Origin: an uncultured Gemmatimonadaceae bacterium
Lineage (GTDB): Bacteria; Gemmatimonadota; Gemmatimonadetes; Gemmatimonadales; Gemmatimonadaceae
Reading direction: 5' to 3'
DNA length: 64,000 nt
Assembly (NCBI GenBank): GCA_963761305.1
Contig: CAVXGK010000001.1
Span: 672,001 to 736,000, forward strand
Every line of letters starts with the position of its first letter. The stretch's first letter is position 1. Positions 9,766 through 18,950 of the stretch are shown here, piece after piece. A program made the translations under genes and the position numbers. Under the pieces are notes generated by a model. It ran no database searches, was not told where the DNA came from, and saw only the letters and a list, made by a program, of their open reading frames with translations.

Positions 9766-10379
9766 ACAACGCTCGCCGTTTTGTGCTCATCGCCGCGTGC
9801 GTGTTCGGGGCATCGTGTGGCCATCGCGACTCACTGGCCGGTCTTCACGGCGTGCTGCTCACGCCGCCGCAGGCCAAGCCTGACTTCGTGTTGACCGATA
9901 CACAAGGCCGCCCCTTCGACTTCCGCACCGAGACCCGCGGCGTGGCCACGCTGCTCTACTTCGGCTACACGAACTGTCCGGATGTTTGTCCGACGCACAT
10001 GGCGAACATCGCCGCCGCGCTGCGACGGCTTCCGGCCGCTGATCAAGCTCGCGTGCGGGTGGTGTTCGTGACGACGGACCCCGCCCGCGACACCGCCGCG
10101 CGCCTCCGCGGCTGGCTGAACAACTTCGACAGGCGCTTCGTGGGGCTCAGCGGCTCAGCCGACTCGGTGAATGCGATTCAGCAGCGGCTCGGTCTTCCGC
10201 CGGCGACGATGGAGATGATCGATGCCAAGGGGAGCGGCCCGCGCGCCGCCTACGGAATGGGCCACGCCGCTCAGGTCCTCGCGTTCACCCCCGACGACAG
10301 TCTCCGCGCCGAATACCCGAACGGGTTCAACGTCGACGATTGGGCAAACGACATTCCAAAACTCATAAGGCGGCGGTAA
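9762..10379 (+). CDS. SCO family copper chaperone lipoprotein
   Basis: FGYTNCPDVCP (CxxxC), TTDPARD, conserved His (MGH); lipobox-like GASC. Confidence 0.9.
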   Translation: MNNARRFVLIAACVFGASCGHRDSLAGLHGVLLTPPQAKPDFVLTDTQGRPFDFRTETRGVATLLYFGYTNCPDVCPTHMANIAAALRRLPAADQARVRVVFVTTDPARDTAARLRGWLNNFDRRFVGLSGSADSVNAIQQRLGLPPATMEMIDAKGSGPRAAYGMGHAAQVLAFTPDDSLRAEYPNGFNVDDWANDIPKLIRRR

Positions 10380-11376
10380 GAGACGCCAGGAGCGCGAAGG
10401 TCGCGAGCCAGTGCTCTCCCGCGTAGTCTCCCGCGACGTGCGGCAGGCTGGCTGCCATGTGCCGCTCGGCCGTCTCGAGCGCGAGGGTGCGGCGTGGATC
10501 GTCGGCGGGCCATCGCGCGGCGAGACTTCTCCAGCACCACGCTCGGCTCAGATTGAGGCCGTCGAGATGCGCGATCTTGCCGTCGGACCGGTCACTGACG
10601 CTCGCGGGCTCGAACAGGGTGCGCGGATGACGATTCGCGATGCGCGGAAGAAAGCGGTCCATCCATCCGGTCCACTCCGAGCGCGGCATCAAGCGGCCCA
10701 TACACTCGGCCTCGATCAGCGCCGACGACAGAAAGTCGTCGCCGCCGGGCTCCCACGCCTGGCAGTCGGCATCCTCGCCGTACCAGACGAGGGCGCGATC
10801 GCGCAGCAGCGACATGAGCGAGTCATCGCGCACGACCTCCGCGTACTCGTGCGCCAGCGCCATCGCGAACGCCGTGTTGAAGTGCGTGCCGACGCGAATC
10901 GGGTACGTCGCTCGCGGCAGAAACGCACGAAAGCGATCGGCAAAAGCGCGCCCCAAGGGCGCGATCGCCTCGGACCAGCGGCGACCGCTCGGCGTCTCGT
11001 GTCGCCGAAGTTCGGCGGTGAGCATCAGCAGCCATGCCCAGCCGTACGGTCGCTCGAAGGTGCCTCGAGCGGGATCGCGCAGGTAGTCCGCTTCGCCGGC
11101 GACGGTTTCCAGCGTGAGCCGCCGGTCGAAAAGCGACTCGATGAGGCGGCGTCCCTTCAGATCCGGGAAGAGTCGCAGCACCGTCGCGAGCAGCCAGTAT
11201 CCGTGAACGTTCGAGTGCCAGTCGAAGCTGCCGTAGAAGACGGGATGAAGGTCGCGCGGCGAGCGCACATCGTCCGCACTGCGGAGCACGTGGTCGAGCT
11301 TGTTCGGATATTCGCGCTCGACATGCGCGAGGGCGATGCTCGCGAAGCCCGACGCGGTGGATCGGTCGAGAGTCAT
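10363..11376 (-). CDS. DUF2891 family protein
   Basis: REYPNKLDH, HPVFYGSFDWHS, FERPYGWAW, HLDGLNLSRAW, YAGEHWLATFA; ATG 11376 overlaps the DUF979 stop. Confidence 0.9.
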   Translation of the reverse strand: MTLDRSTASGFASIALAHVEREYPNKLDHVLRSADDVRSPRDLHPVFYGSFDWHSNVHGYWLLATVLRLFPDLKGRRLIESLFDRRLTLETVAGEADYLRDPARGTFERPYGWAWLLMLTAELRRHETPSGRRWSEAIAPLGRAFADRFRAFLPRATYPIRVGTHFNTAFAMALAHEYAEVVRDDSLMSLLRDRALVWYGEDADCQAWEPGGDDFLSSALIEAECMGRLMPRSEWTGWMDRFLPRIANRHPRTLFEPASVSDRSDGKIAHLDGLNLSRAWCWRSLAARWPADDPRRTLALETAERHMAASLPHVAGDYAGEHWLATFALLASLTAAL

Positions 11377-12326
11377 CGGAACACGAAGGCGTACATGATT
11401 GCGGTGTTGGCGGCGAGCAGCAGCAGCGCCGTGGGAATCTGCACTTTGATCACCGCGTGCTGATCGGGCAGTTCGAGCAGCGCGACGGGGACGATGTTGA
11501 AGTTGGCGGCCATCGGCGTGGTGAGCGTCCCGCAAAATCCCGAGAGCATGCCGACGGCCGCCATCACGACGACGTCGCCGCCAAAGCGGTGTACGATGAG
11601 CGGCAGGCCGATGCCGGCGGTCATCACCGGAAATGCCGCGAACGCGTTCCCCATGATGGCCGTGAAGACCGCCATGCCGATTGTATACGTCGCGACGACG
11701 ACGAGCGGTGAATTCAGGGGAATCCATCGCTCGATCAGCTTGGCGACGATCGGGCCGACACCGGCCAGCGCGAACATCGCGCCGAGGGCGGCGAGCATCT
11801 GCGGCAGCACGGCCGCCCAACTCACCGCGTCCAACAGACGTCGTGCTTCGACGATCGGCACCGACAGCCTCGGGCGGATCATCGCCATGCCGACCACCAG
11901 CGCCGCGAGGATGCCGAGCGCCAGCGCGACGAGCGTGACCTGGCGCGCGTCGACGAGCGGATTCCGGTGCCACGTCAGCCCCTTGAGACCGAACGTTCCG
12001 GCCAACGCGATCGCCGGGATCGTCAGCGCCGGAATGAACAGACGATTTCCCCAGTGGCGGGCGCTCGCCTCGCGCTCCGCCGGACCGGCCGCCTCGGTCG
12101 GTGGCGCGCCGAGTCCTCGGAACGCCGCGACGAAAACCATCAACAGCACGAGCACACCGTTCACCACGTCGGGTAGTTTCGTTCCGACGAGAAACGTGAT
12201 CGCGTAGGCGCCCCAGAAGACGGCGTTGCTGAATCGTCGCCGGCTCGCGCGATCCCGCGCGCAGACGACTGCCACGCCGGCAAGCATCGCGCCCATCAGC
12301 ACGTACACGAACTCGAGCGAAATCAC
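11373..12326 (-). CDS. DUF979 family membrane protein (putative 5-oxoproline transporter subunit)
   Basis: LPQMLAALG, MGNAFAAFPVMTAGIGLP, GTLTTPMAANFNIVP; multiple TM helices. Confidence 0.9.
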   Translation of the reverse strand: MISLEFVYVLMGAMLAGVAVVCARDRASRRRFSNAVFWGAYAITFLVGTKLPDVVNGVLVLLMVFVAAFRGLGAPPTEAAGPAEREASARHWGNRLFIPALTIPAIALAGTFGLKGLTWHRNPLVDARQVTLVALALGILAALVVGMAMIRPRLSVPIVEARRLLDAVSWAAVLPQMLAALGAMFALAGVGPIVAKLIERWIPLNSPLVVVATYTIGMAVFTAIMGNAFAAFPVMTAGIGLPLIVHRFGGDVVVMAAVGMLSGFCGTLTTPMAANFNIVPVALLELPDQHAVIKVQIPTALLLLAANTAIMYAFVFR

Positions 12327-13015
12327 GTCGGCGTTTCACCGGTCGCGTCGCGCGCCGCATCACGATTCAGCGAGCGATCGAACAGGAGAAGGCGCGCGCC
12401 GTGAATCACGAAGGCGCAGATCGCCGTGGGAACCGCCCACGCGGCGAGACTCGTCGCTTGCACGTGAACGCTGTTCTGCTCGAGATAGCTGCGAATCAGC
12501 AGAATCGACCCGATGGCGATGAAGATGTCCTCGCCGAAGAACACGCCGATGTTGTCGGCGGCGGCGGCGTGCGCGCGAATGCGGTTGCGCGTTCTATCCG
12601 ACAGCACGCCGAAACGGTTCTCGGCCGCGGCCTCGCTCATCGGCGCGATGAGCGGCCGCACCATCTGCGCATGTCCGCCGAGCGACGTGAGGCCGAGCGC
12701 CGCCGTGATCTGCCGCAGCGCGAGATAGGCGAGCAGCAAGCGCCCCGTCGTCGCGACCTTCATGCGCGAGATGAGTGCGCGCGCCTGCTCCTTGAGCCCG
12801 GCGCGCTCCAGCATTCCGATGACCGGAAGCGCCAACCACACGATCGCCACCGAGCGACTGTCGACGAACGCCTTGCCGAACGCCGCGACGACTTCGACGA
12901 TCGACTTGTGGGCGGCAAGTCCGGTGGCGAGGGCCGCGACGGTGACGACGAGAACCGGGTTCACGCGAAGCGCGAACCCGGCGACGACGACCAGAATGCC
13001 GATGAGTGGAAGCAG
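12323..13015 (-). CDS. DUF969 family membrane protein (putative 5-oxoproline transporter subunit)
   Basis: NPVLVV, LPVIGMLERAGLKE, GGHAQMVRPL, DNIGVFFGEDIF; family-like sequence extends upstream of GTG 12964 to a CTG at 13015. Confidence 0.85.
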   Translation of the reverse strand: MLPLIGILVVVAGFALRVNPVLVVTVAALATGLAAHKSIVEVVAAFGKAFVDSRSVAIVWLALPVIGMLERAGLKEQARALISRMKVATTGRLLLAYLALRQITAALGLTSLGGHAQMVRPLIAPMSEAAAENRFGVLSDRTRNRIRAHAAAADNIGVFFGEDIFIAIGSILLIRSYLEQNSVHVQATSLAAWAVPTAICAFVIHGARLLLFDRSLNRDAARDATGETPT

Positions 13016-13071
13016 GCGGCGCGCGGAAGAAGACGCCTGAAGCTACGCGTCCCCCGCGCGACGCACTACGG

Positions 13072-14016
13072 CTACATCTGCTCGATCGAGTAGCCTTTCG
13101 CCTTCAACATCGCGACGACGCCCTGCTTGCCGACGAGGTGGCCGGCGCCGACGACGACGAGCGCATCGTCGCGTCCCCGAATCATCGCTTCGATTTTTGG
13201 TACCCAAGCGCGGTTCCGGCTGCCGATCATCGCGTCGTACAACGCGGACGCATCGCCCAGCTGAGAGTTGAGCAGACTGTCCAGACCCGCCGCGTCACCG
13301 TGACTCCAGGCGTCGCGAATCGCCGCGAGCTGCTTGGCGGCGACGTCGGGGGCGTCGCTCTGGAGGAGCATGCGTTCCTGATCGGCCGGCGCCAACCCGT
13401 CGAGCAAGCCCAGTTGAAAGTCGACGCTCTCGAGGCCGAGCACCGGTTTCGCGGCCTGTTTTGCACGCGAATTCAGCTGCATGTCGACGCCGTACTGCGA
13501 TTGGAAGTTCAGTTTCTGCATCGCCACCTGCGCCATGAGCATCGACACGAGCCACGGCTTGAAGCCGTTCACCTGATCGATCGACAGGCCGTACATGTGT
13601 AGCACGGAGTCGACCTTGGCCGCGGCGGCCGGCGACAACGAGCCGCGCAGCGTCTTGCCGTCGGCGAATCGTCCGCGCGCCAACAGCTCCGGACCGCGCA
13701 TCATCGCCGAGTCGAGACTCGTCTCGAGCGTGAGCGACCGCGCGTGCGCGAACGCCGAATCGACTTCGGGCGGAAGCGTCGCCGCGTCAGCCGACAGCAG
13801 GTGAACGGACCCGAGCAGATAGACCGTGGCGCCCTCCGGACCGCGCACTCGATAGAGAATGTGCTTGGACGCCGGCGACGCGATGGCCGGCGAACCGTGA
13901 CCGGTGGCGACCGCGGACGCGACCTGTGCGTTCGAAGCCTGCGAGACGCCAGCGAGGGCCGCGCCGCTCGTGAGAGCGAGCCTGACCAGGATTCTTATGG
14001 TATTCATGGTATTCAT
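13072..14016 (-). CDS. TraB/GumN family protein
   Basis: YLLGSVH, GLESVDFQ, RNRAW, VVVGAGHLVG; signal peptide; start uncertain. Confidence 0.9.
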   Translation of the reverse strand: MNTMNTIRILVRLALTSGAALAGVSQASNAQVASAVATGHGSPAIASPASKHILYRVRGPEGATVYLLGSVHLLSADAATLPPEVDSAFAHARSLTLETSLDSAMMRGPELLARGRFADGKTLRGSLSPAAAAKVDSVLHMYGLSIDQVNGFKPWLVSMLMAQVAMQKLNFQSQYGVDMQLNSRAKQAAKPVLGLESVDFQLGLLDGLAPADQERMLLQSDAPDVAAKQLAAIRDAWSHGDAAGLDSLLNSQLGDASALYDAMIGSRNRAWVPKIEAMIRGRDDALVVVGAGHLVGKQGVVAMLKAKGYSIEQM

Positions 14017-14121
14017 GGACGATGCGCCGCCGCGGGCGGTTACGGCGCGGACGGGCATGCTGCGGCGCGACCGTCAGGCGGGCGTCATGCCGGCACAACT
14101 GTTACAAATTGTGCCAGTGCC

Positions 14122-15849
14122 CTACTTCGCTTTGATCTTCGCCCAGGTATCGCGCAGCGTGACCGTCCGATTGAACACCAGCGCGCCGGCTGACGAATCG
14201 GGGTCCATCGCGAAGTAGCCCGTTCGCTCGAACTGATAGCGCGACTCGGCCGGATCCTGCGCCACGCTTGGCTCGATCTTAGCGCCTCGAACGACGACGA
14301 GCGACTCGCGGTTCACGACGCTGAGAAAATCCTTGCCTTCCTCGACGTCGTCCGGATCGGGAACGGTGAACAGCTTGTCGTACAGACGGAGCTCACAGTC
14401 GAGCGCGTGCGCGGCCGACGCCCAGTGGATTGTCCCCTGCACTTTGCGGCCGTCCGGCGCGTCGCCGCCCTTCGTCGCCGGATCGTACGTGCAGCGCAGC
14501 TCGACGACGGCGCCCGACGCATCCTTGGTGACGTCGGTGCACGTCACGAAGTAGCCGTAACGCAGGCGAACCTCCCGGCCCGGCGCCAGCCGGAAGAATT
14601 TCTTCGGCGGGTCTTCCATGAAATCGTCGCGCTCGATGTACAGCTCGCGCGAGAACGGGATTCTCCGCGACCCGGTCTTCGGCACGTCGTGCGGATAATA
14701 CGACGCGTCGAGCCACTCGGTCTGTGCGTCCGGATAGTTCGTGATCACGACCTTGAGCGGATTCACGACGCACATCACGCGGGGCACGCGCATGTTGAGA
14801 TCGTCGCGCACGGCCGCTTCCAGCGTCGCGAGCTCGGTGCGTTGCGGTTTGCGGGTGACACCGGCGGTCTCGACGAATGCGCGCAATCCCTCGGGCGTCA
14901 CGCCGCGGCGGCGCAGACCGGAGATCGTCGGCATCCGCGGATCGTCCCATCCCGTCACGATGCCGTCGTTCACCAGGCGAAGCAGCTTGCGTTTGCTCAT
15001 GACCGTGTACTCGAGCGAGAGCCGCGAGAACTCCGTCTGTTCCGGCGGGCGCGCGAATCCGCACTCGTGCACCAGCCATTTGTAGATGTCGTTGTTGTCC
15101 TTGAACTCGAGCGAACAGAGCGAGTGCGTGATGTTCTCGATCGCGTCGGACAACGGGTGCGCGAAGTCGTAAAGCGGGTAGATGCACCACGCGTCGCCCT
15201 GACGATAGTGATGCGCGTGCTTGATGCGCAGCAGAATCGGATCGCGCATCAACATGTTCGGATGCGCCATGTCGATCTTGCCGCGGAGGACGTGCGCGCC
15301 GTCCGGAAACTCGCCGGCCTTCATGCGGCGGAGGAGGTCGAGATTCTCCTCGGCCGACCGGTTCCGGTGCGGGCTGTTGGTGCCCGGCGTGGTGACCGTG
15401 CCCCGCGTCTCGCGAATCTCGACGTCGCTCTGCGAATCGACGTACGCGCTGCCCTTCTTCACGAGCAGCTCACCGAACTGATACAGCTCCTCGAAATAGT
15501 CGCTGGCGTAGAGCTCCGCGTCCCACTCGAAACCGAGCCATCGGATGTCGTTCTTGAACGCTTCGACGTACTTGACGTCCTCGGCCGCCGGATTCGTGTC
15601 GTCGAACCGGAGATTGCACCGCCCGCCGAATTCGCGCGCCACGCCGAAGTTCACGCAGATCGCCTTGACGTGGCCGATGTGCGGAAAGCCGTTCGGCTCG
15701 GGCGGAAAGCGCGTCGCGATCCCGCGGCCGAACCGGTTGGTCGCCACGTCCTCGGCGACCATGTCGCGGATGAAATCGCGGCGCGGCGGAGCCGGCGGCG
15801 TCGGATGAACGTCGGCCGTTGGCGGCTGAGTAATCGGAGGGTTCGGCAC
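14122..15849 (-). CDS. glnS: Glutamine--tRNA ligase
   Basis: TRFPPEPNGFPHIGH (HIGH), LRFDDTNP, MSKRKL, WDDPRMPT, FFRLAPG, QFERTGYF; start approximate. Confidence 0.97.
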   Translation of the reverse strand: MPNPPITQPPTADVHPTPPAPPRRDFIRDMVAEDVATNRFGRGIATRFPPEPNGFPHIGHVKAICVNFGVAREFGGRCNLRFDDTNPAAEDVKYVEAFKNDIRWLGFEWDAELYASDYFEELYQFGELLVKKGSAYVDSQSDVEIRETRGTVTTPGTNSPHRNRSAEENLDLLRRMKAGEFPDGAHVLRGKIDMAHPNMLMRDPILLRIKHAHHYRQGDAWCIYPLYDFAHPLSDAIENITHSLCSLEFKDNNDIYKWLVHECGFARPPEQTEFSRLSLEYTVMSKRKLLRLVNDGIVTGWDDPRMPTISGLRRRGVTPEGLRAFVETAGVTRKPQRTELATLEAAVRDDLNMRVPRVMCVVNPLKVVITNYPDAQTEWLDASYYPHDVPKTGSRRIPFSRELYIERDDFMEDPPKKFFRLAPGREVRLRYGYFVTCTDVTKDASGAVVELRCTYDPATKGGDAPDGRKVQGTIHWASAAHALDCELRLYDKLFTVPDPDDVEEGKDFLSVVNRESLVVVRGAKIEPSVAQDPAESRYQFERTGYFAMDPDSSAGALVFNRTVTLRDTWAKIKAK

Positions 15850-15946
15850 GACGGATCGGGGCGGTGGCGGCGTTCGCGCGAGGCGACGAAGGCGAACCCG
15901 AAAGATACAACCCGACTTCGCGGCGCCGTCGGCGGCGCCGTTCGAG

Positions 15947-17005
15947 CTACGCCTGGGGCAACTCGAGGCGGAACGAGAACCGCGTGCCCTCTTCGACCGC
16001 CGTGTCGACGAGCAGCGAGCTACCCATCTTCTCGAGCAGGTTGCGGCAGATGGCGAGCCCGAGTCCCGCGCTCGAGAAGCGCATGCCGACCGAGCCCGGT
16101 CGGAATCCGTCGAACAGCATCGCCAGGACATTGTCCGGAATGCCGCGGCCGGTGTCCTCGATCCAGAATTCCACCATGGTCGGCGAGTGCTCGGTGCAGC
16201 CGACCGATACCGAACCGTGCTCGGTGTAGCGCAGCGCGTTCGTGGACAAGTTCAACAGCACGCGGCTCAGCGCGGACGGATAGCCCTGCCGGCCGTCGAC
16301 CTGCGGGAACGTCGTGTTGAGCACGAGGTTCTTCTCTTCGGCGAGCGGGCGAACGATGGCACACACGCCGAGCAGAACTTCGGTGATCGAGAACGGCGTC
16401 CGCCGACCGTCGACCAGGCGATCGCCGTTGATGGCGTCCACGACGTCGGACGCGAGCGTGCTGAGGCCGAGCGCGGCGCCGTAGACGAGACCGAGCTGAC
16501 GCTCCTGCACCTGCGTCACCGTACCGCTCTGACCGCGGCGAATCGTGTCCACGAGGAAGAGGATCGAACCCAGCGGCGAGCGCATGTCGTGCGCCATTTC
16601 GACCACGGCGCGGAGCGCGTCCGGGCTCGACAGCCGCTCGGTGAATTCGTTGGCCACCGGCGGCGCTTGCCTGGACGCGAGCTCTTCGAGCGCCGAGAGA
16701 ACGCGCGCCAGGTCACGACCGTCGATCGGCGCCGTTTCAGCAGCAGCGCGCTGGAGAACCCGCGCGCGGAATGCGTTGATGTGATCGCGGCTCAGGCCCG
16801 AGACGAGGATCGACATGCCGTTGCCGGATTCGGTGCTGAGGCGCGCCGCGAGCTCGCGCAGCCGCAGGCGCAGCTCCGCCAACGCGGTGTCCGGCATCGG
16901 GCCAAGCTCCTCGACGGCGGCTTCGGCCGCGTTGGCGAGGAGCCAACGCAGCGGCGCAGCATCGACGCGGCCGCTGGCTTCCGGTCTGGAAACCGCCGCG
17001 CTCAA
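15947..17005 (-). CDS. Cytoplasmic sensor histidine kinase (HisKA + HATPase)
   Basis: H-box AHDMRSPL, N-box LLNLSTNALRYT, DTGRGI, GLGLAIC; no TM segment seen. Confidence 0.9.
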   Translation of the reverse strand: MSAAVSRPEASGRVDAAPLRWLLANAAEAAVEELGPMPDTALAELRLRLRELAARLSTESGNGMSILVSGLSRDHINAFRARVLQRAAAETAPIDGRDLARVLSALEELASRQAPPVANEFTERLSSPDALRAVVEMAHDMRSPLGSILFLVDTIRRGQSGTVTQVQERQLGLVYGAALGLSTLASDVVDAINGDRLVDGRRTPFSITEVLLGVCAIVRPLAEEKNLVLNTTFPQVDGRQGYPSALSRVLLNLSTNALRYTEHGSVSVGCTEHSPTMVEFWIEDTGRGIPDNVLAMLFDGFRPGSVGMRFSSAGLGLAICRNLLEKMGSSLLVDTAVEEGTRFSFRLELPQA

Positions 17006-17086
17006 GCCGGCATCCGCGTGTCGTGGCCCGCGAAGGCGTCGGGCGTGGGAACGGCTCTCACGAGAGATAGGTCAAGAACCTCTGTC

Positions 17087-18661
17087 TCAAGTCTGCGACG
17101 AGTTCATGCCATCACGGCGGAACCCGTGCCGCTCGAGCAGCCGATACAGCGTCGTGCGATCGACATTCGCGAGCCGCGCCGCTCGCGACATGTTGCCTGC
17201 AGCGCGCGCCACCAACCTAGTCACGTACTCCTTCTCGAACGTGGCCAGCACCTGTTCCTTCGCCGTGTGGTACGCGTCGTTGTGCAACGCGGTCATGTTC
17301 ATCGTTTCAGCGGGCTGAGTCCAATCCTGGTGGACGGGGATCTCGCCTGGCTGGATTTCCGAACCCGGCTGGGCCAGCACGACCACGTGCTCGATGACGT
17401 TCTGAAGCTCGCGAACATTCCCGCGCCACGGCCGCGACATGAGGAAGTCGAACGCCGCGTCGCCGAAGTGAGGGGGTTCGTCCTTCGCCGGATGATGGCG
17501 CACCCAAAAACGTTCCAGGAAGAACGTCGCGAGAATGGGAACGTCCTCGACACGATCGCGTAACGGCGGAAGCGTGATCGGGAAGACGTTGAGCCGGAAG
17601 TACAGGTCCTCGCGCAGATGGCGGCTGCGAATCGCTTCGCCCGGATCGCGGTTCGTCGCCGAGATGAAACGGACGTCGACGACCGCATCCTGCTGTTCGC
17701 TGCCCACGCGGCGCAGCACACCGTCCTGCACGACGCGCAACAGCTTCGCCTGCAACGGCACAGTCATCTCGGTCAGCTCGTCGAGGAAGAACGTGCCGCC
17801 GTTCGCCATCTCGAGCAGTCCGATCTTGTCGCGATCGGCGCCCGTGAACGCGCCCTTGCGGTGGCCGAACATCTCGGACTCGAGGAGATGTTCCGGTAGC
17901 GCCGCGCAGTTGAGCGGCACGAGGGGTTGCGCCGCGCGGTTGCTGTGCCGGTGCACGAACTGCGCGATCATTTCCTTCCCCGTTCCGCTTTCGCCGACGA
18001 GCATGACCGACGCATTGGTCGTCGCGACCTTGCGCGCGAGATCGACCACGCGGCGAAACGCCGACGACGTGCCGAGCAGTGTGAGCTTGTCGCTGTTCCC
18101 ATTGCGCTTCCGCGACTCGACCTGCGTCGATTCACGGTCGCGGGTCGCGAGCACCGCGTGCGCCGCTCGGCCGAGCAGCACCTGCAGGTGCGTTCCGGAA
18201 AACGGCTTCGGCAGGTAGTCCCACGCGCCGCTGCGAAGCGCCTCCATGCTCGAGGCGACGCTCGGATTGCCCGTCATCACCAGCACGATGGTGCCGGGAC
18301 GAATCGTGAGAACGGCTTTGAGGATCTCCAGGCCGGGAACCGGCGTCATGTAGAGATCCACCATCACAATGTCGTAGTGCGCGCGCCGAACCATGTCGAG
18401 CGCTTCGTCGCCACGACCGCACGTGGTGACGCTGTAGCCTTCCACCTGGAGGACGCTCGCGCAGCCCTCGCGAAGCGTCCGGTCGTCGTCGACGATCAGG
18501 ATGCGGATGGTGCCGCGGTCCTCGACGGAGATACCGGCTCCGTCCGCCAACCCTGGTTGTTCCTCCGAGTTCACGATGGGCATTTCAGACTCGACGGCAG
18601 CAGGCGCCGAGGACGGCGTAGAAGGCAAGTACACGTTGAAGTCGCTGTACTTCGTCTTCAT
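17087..18661 (-). CDS. Sigma-54-dependent response regulator (REC-AAA+-HTH, NtrC/AtoC family)
   Basis: ILIVDDD, VDLYM, YLPKPF, GESGTGKE, GAFTGA, FFLDE, WRGNVRELQN, C-terminal HTH; start could be 18583. Confidence 0.95.
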   Translation of the reverse strand: MKTKYSDFNVYLPSTPSSAPAAVESEMPIVNSEEQPGLADGAGISVEDRGTIRILIVDDDRTLREGCASVLQVEGYSVTTCGRGDEALDMVRRAHYDIVMVDLYMTPVPGLEILKAVLTIRPGTIVLVMTGNPSVASSMEALRSGAWDYLPKPFSGTHLQVLLGRAAHAVLATRDRESTQVESRKRNGNSDKLTLLGTSSAFRRVVDLARKVATTNASVMLVGESGTGKEMIAQFVHRHSNRAAQPLVPLNCAALPEHLLESEMFGHRKGAFTGADRDKIGLLEMANGGTFFLDELTEMTVPLQAKLLRVVQDGVLRRVGSEQQDAVVDVRFISATNRDPGEAIRSRHLREDLYFRLNVFPITLPPLRDRVEDVPILATFFLERFWVRHHPAKDEPPHFGDAAFDFLMSRPWRGNVRELQNVIEHVVVLAQPGSEIQPGEIPVHQDWTQPAETMNMTALHNDAYHTAKEQVLATFEKEYVTRLVARAAGNMSRAARLANVDRTTLYRLLERHGFRRDGMNSSQT

Positions 18662-18677
18662 CGGGGAGGCCGAATGC

Positions 18678-18695
18678 TGTGGAGACTGCGCAACA
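18678..18695. promoter_or_regulatory. Candidate activator-binding palindrome (TGTKGC-N6-GCAACA type)
   Basis: TGTGGAGACTGCGCAACA; similar 18-mers at 18871, 25821 and 29384. Confidence 0.4.
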
Positions 18696-18819
18696 GGATT
18701 GGTGCATGAGTGACGCGGCTCACAAAATGGCGTTGATGGATCCCCTGTCAAGCCTTGACAGAGTATCGGCCCGCATGGCGCGATGATACACCGACATGGG
18801 CCAAGTTGTCCTATCGCCA

Positions 18820-18834
18820 ACAACGTGCATGCCA
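18820..18834 (-). promoter_or_regulatory. Possible sigma-54 -24/-12 promoter
   Basis: Minus strand TGGCATGCACGTTGT matches TGGC-N7-TTGC except at the last base; upstream of the activator gene. Confidence 0.3.
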
Positions 18835-18950
18835 CACCCCAAGCGGACACCCGTCGGCACGTGTCGGTTGCGTAGCGCTTGCGCCACACCGAGCCGCGTA
18901 ACCGACCGGGCTGTTGTCGGTTCCGCGGCTGGCAGCCTTCAAAAGCTATT

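Noticed and set aside
11376..12363. Apparent 666-aa DUF2891 ORF
   Set aside because: The upstream part is an alternate frame of DUF979; the real start is ATG 11376.
13997..14018. Short tandem repeat ATGGTATTC x2.4 at the traB start
   Set aside because: Too short to be an array; an in-frame 9-bp duplication encoding MNTMNT.
14092..14115. GGCACAA-N10-TTGTGCC inverted repeat resembling a sigma-54 promoter
   Set aside because: It lacks the -12 TTGC element at the right spacing; it could be an operator or hairpin but there is no further support.
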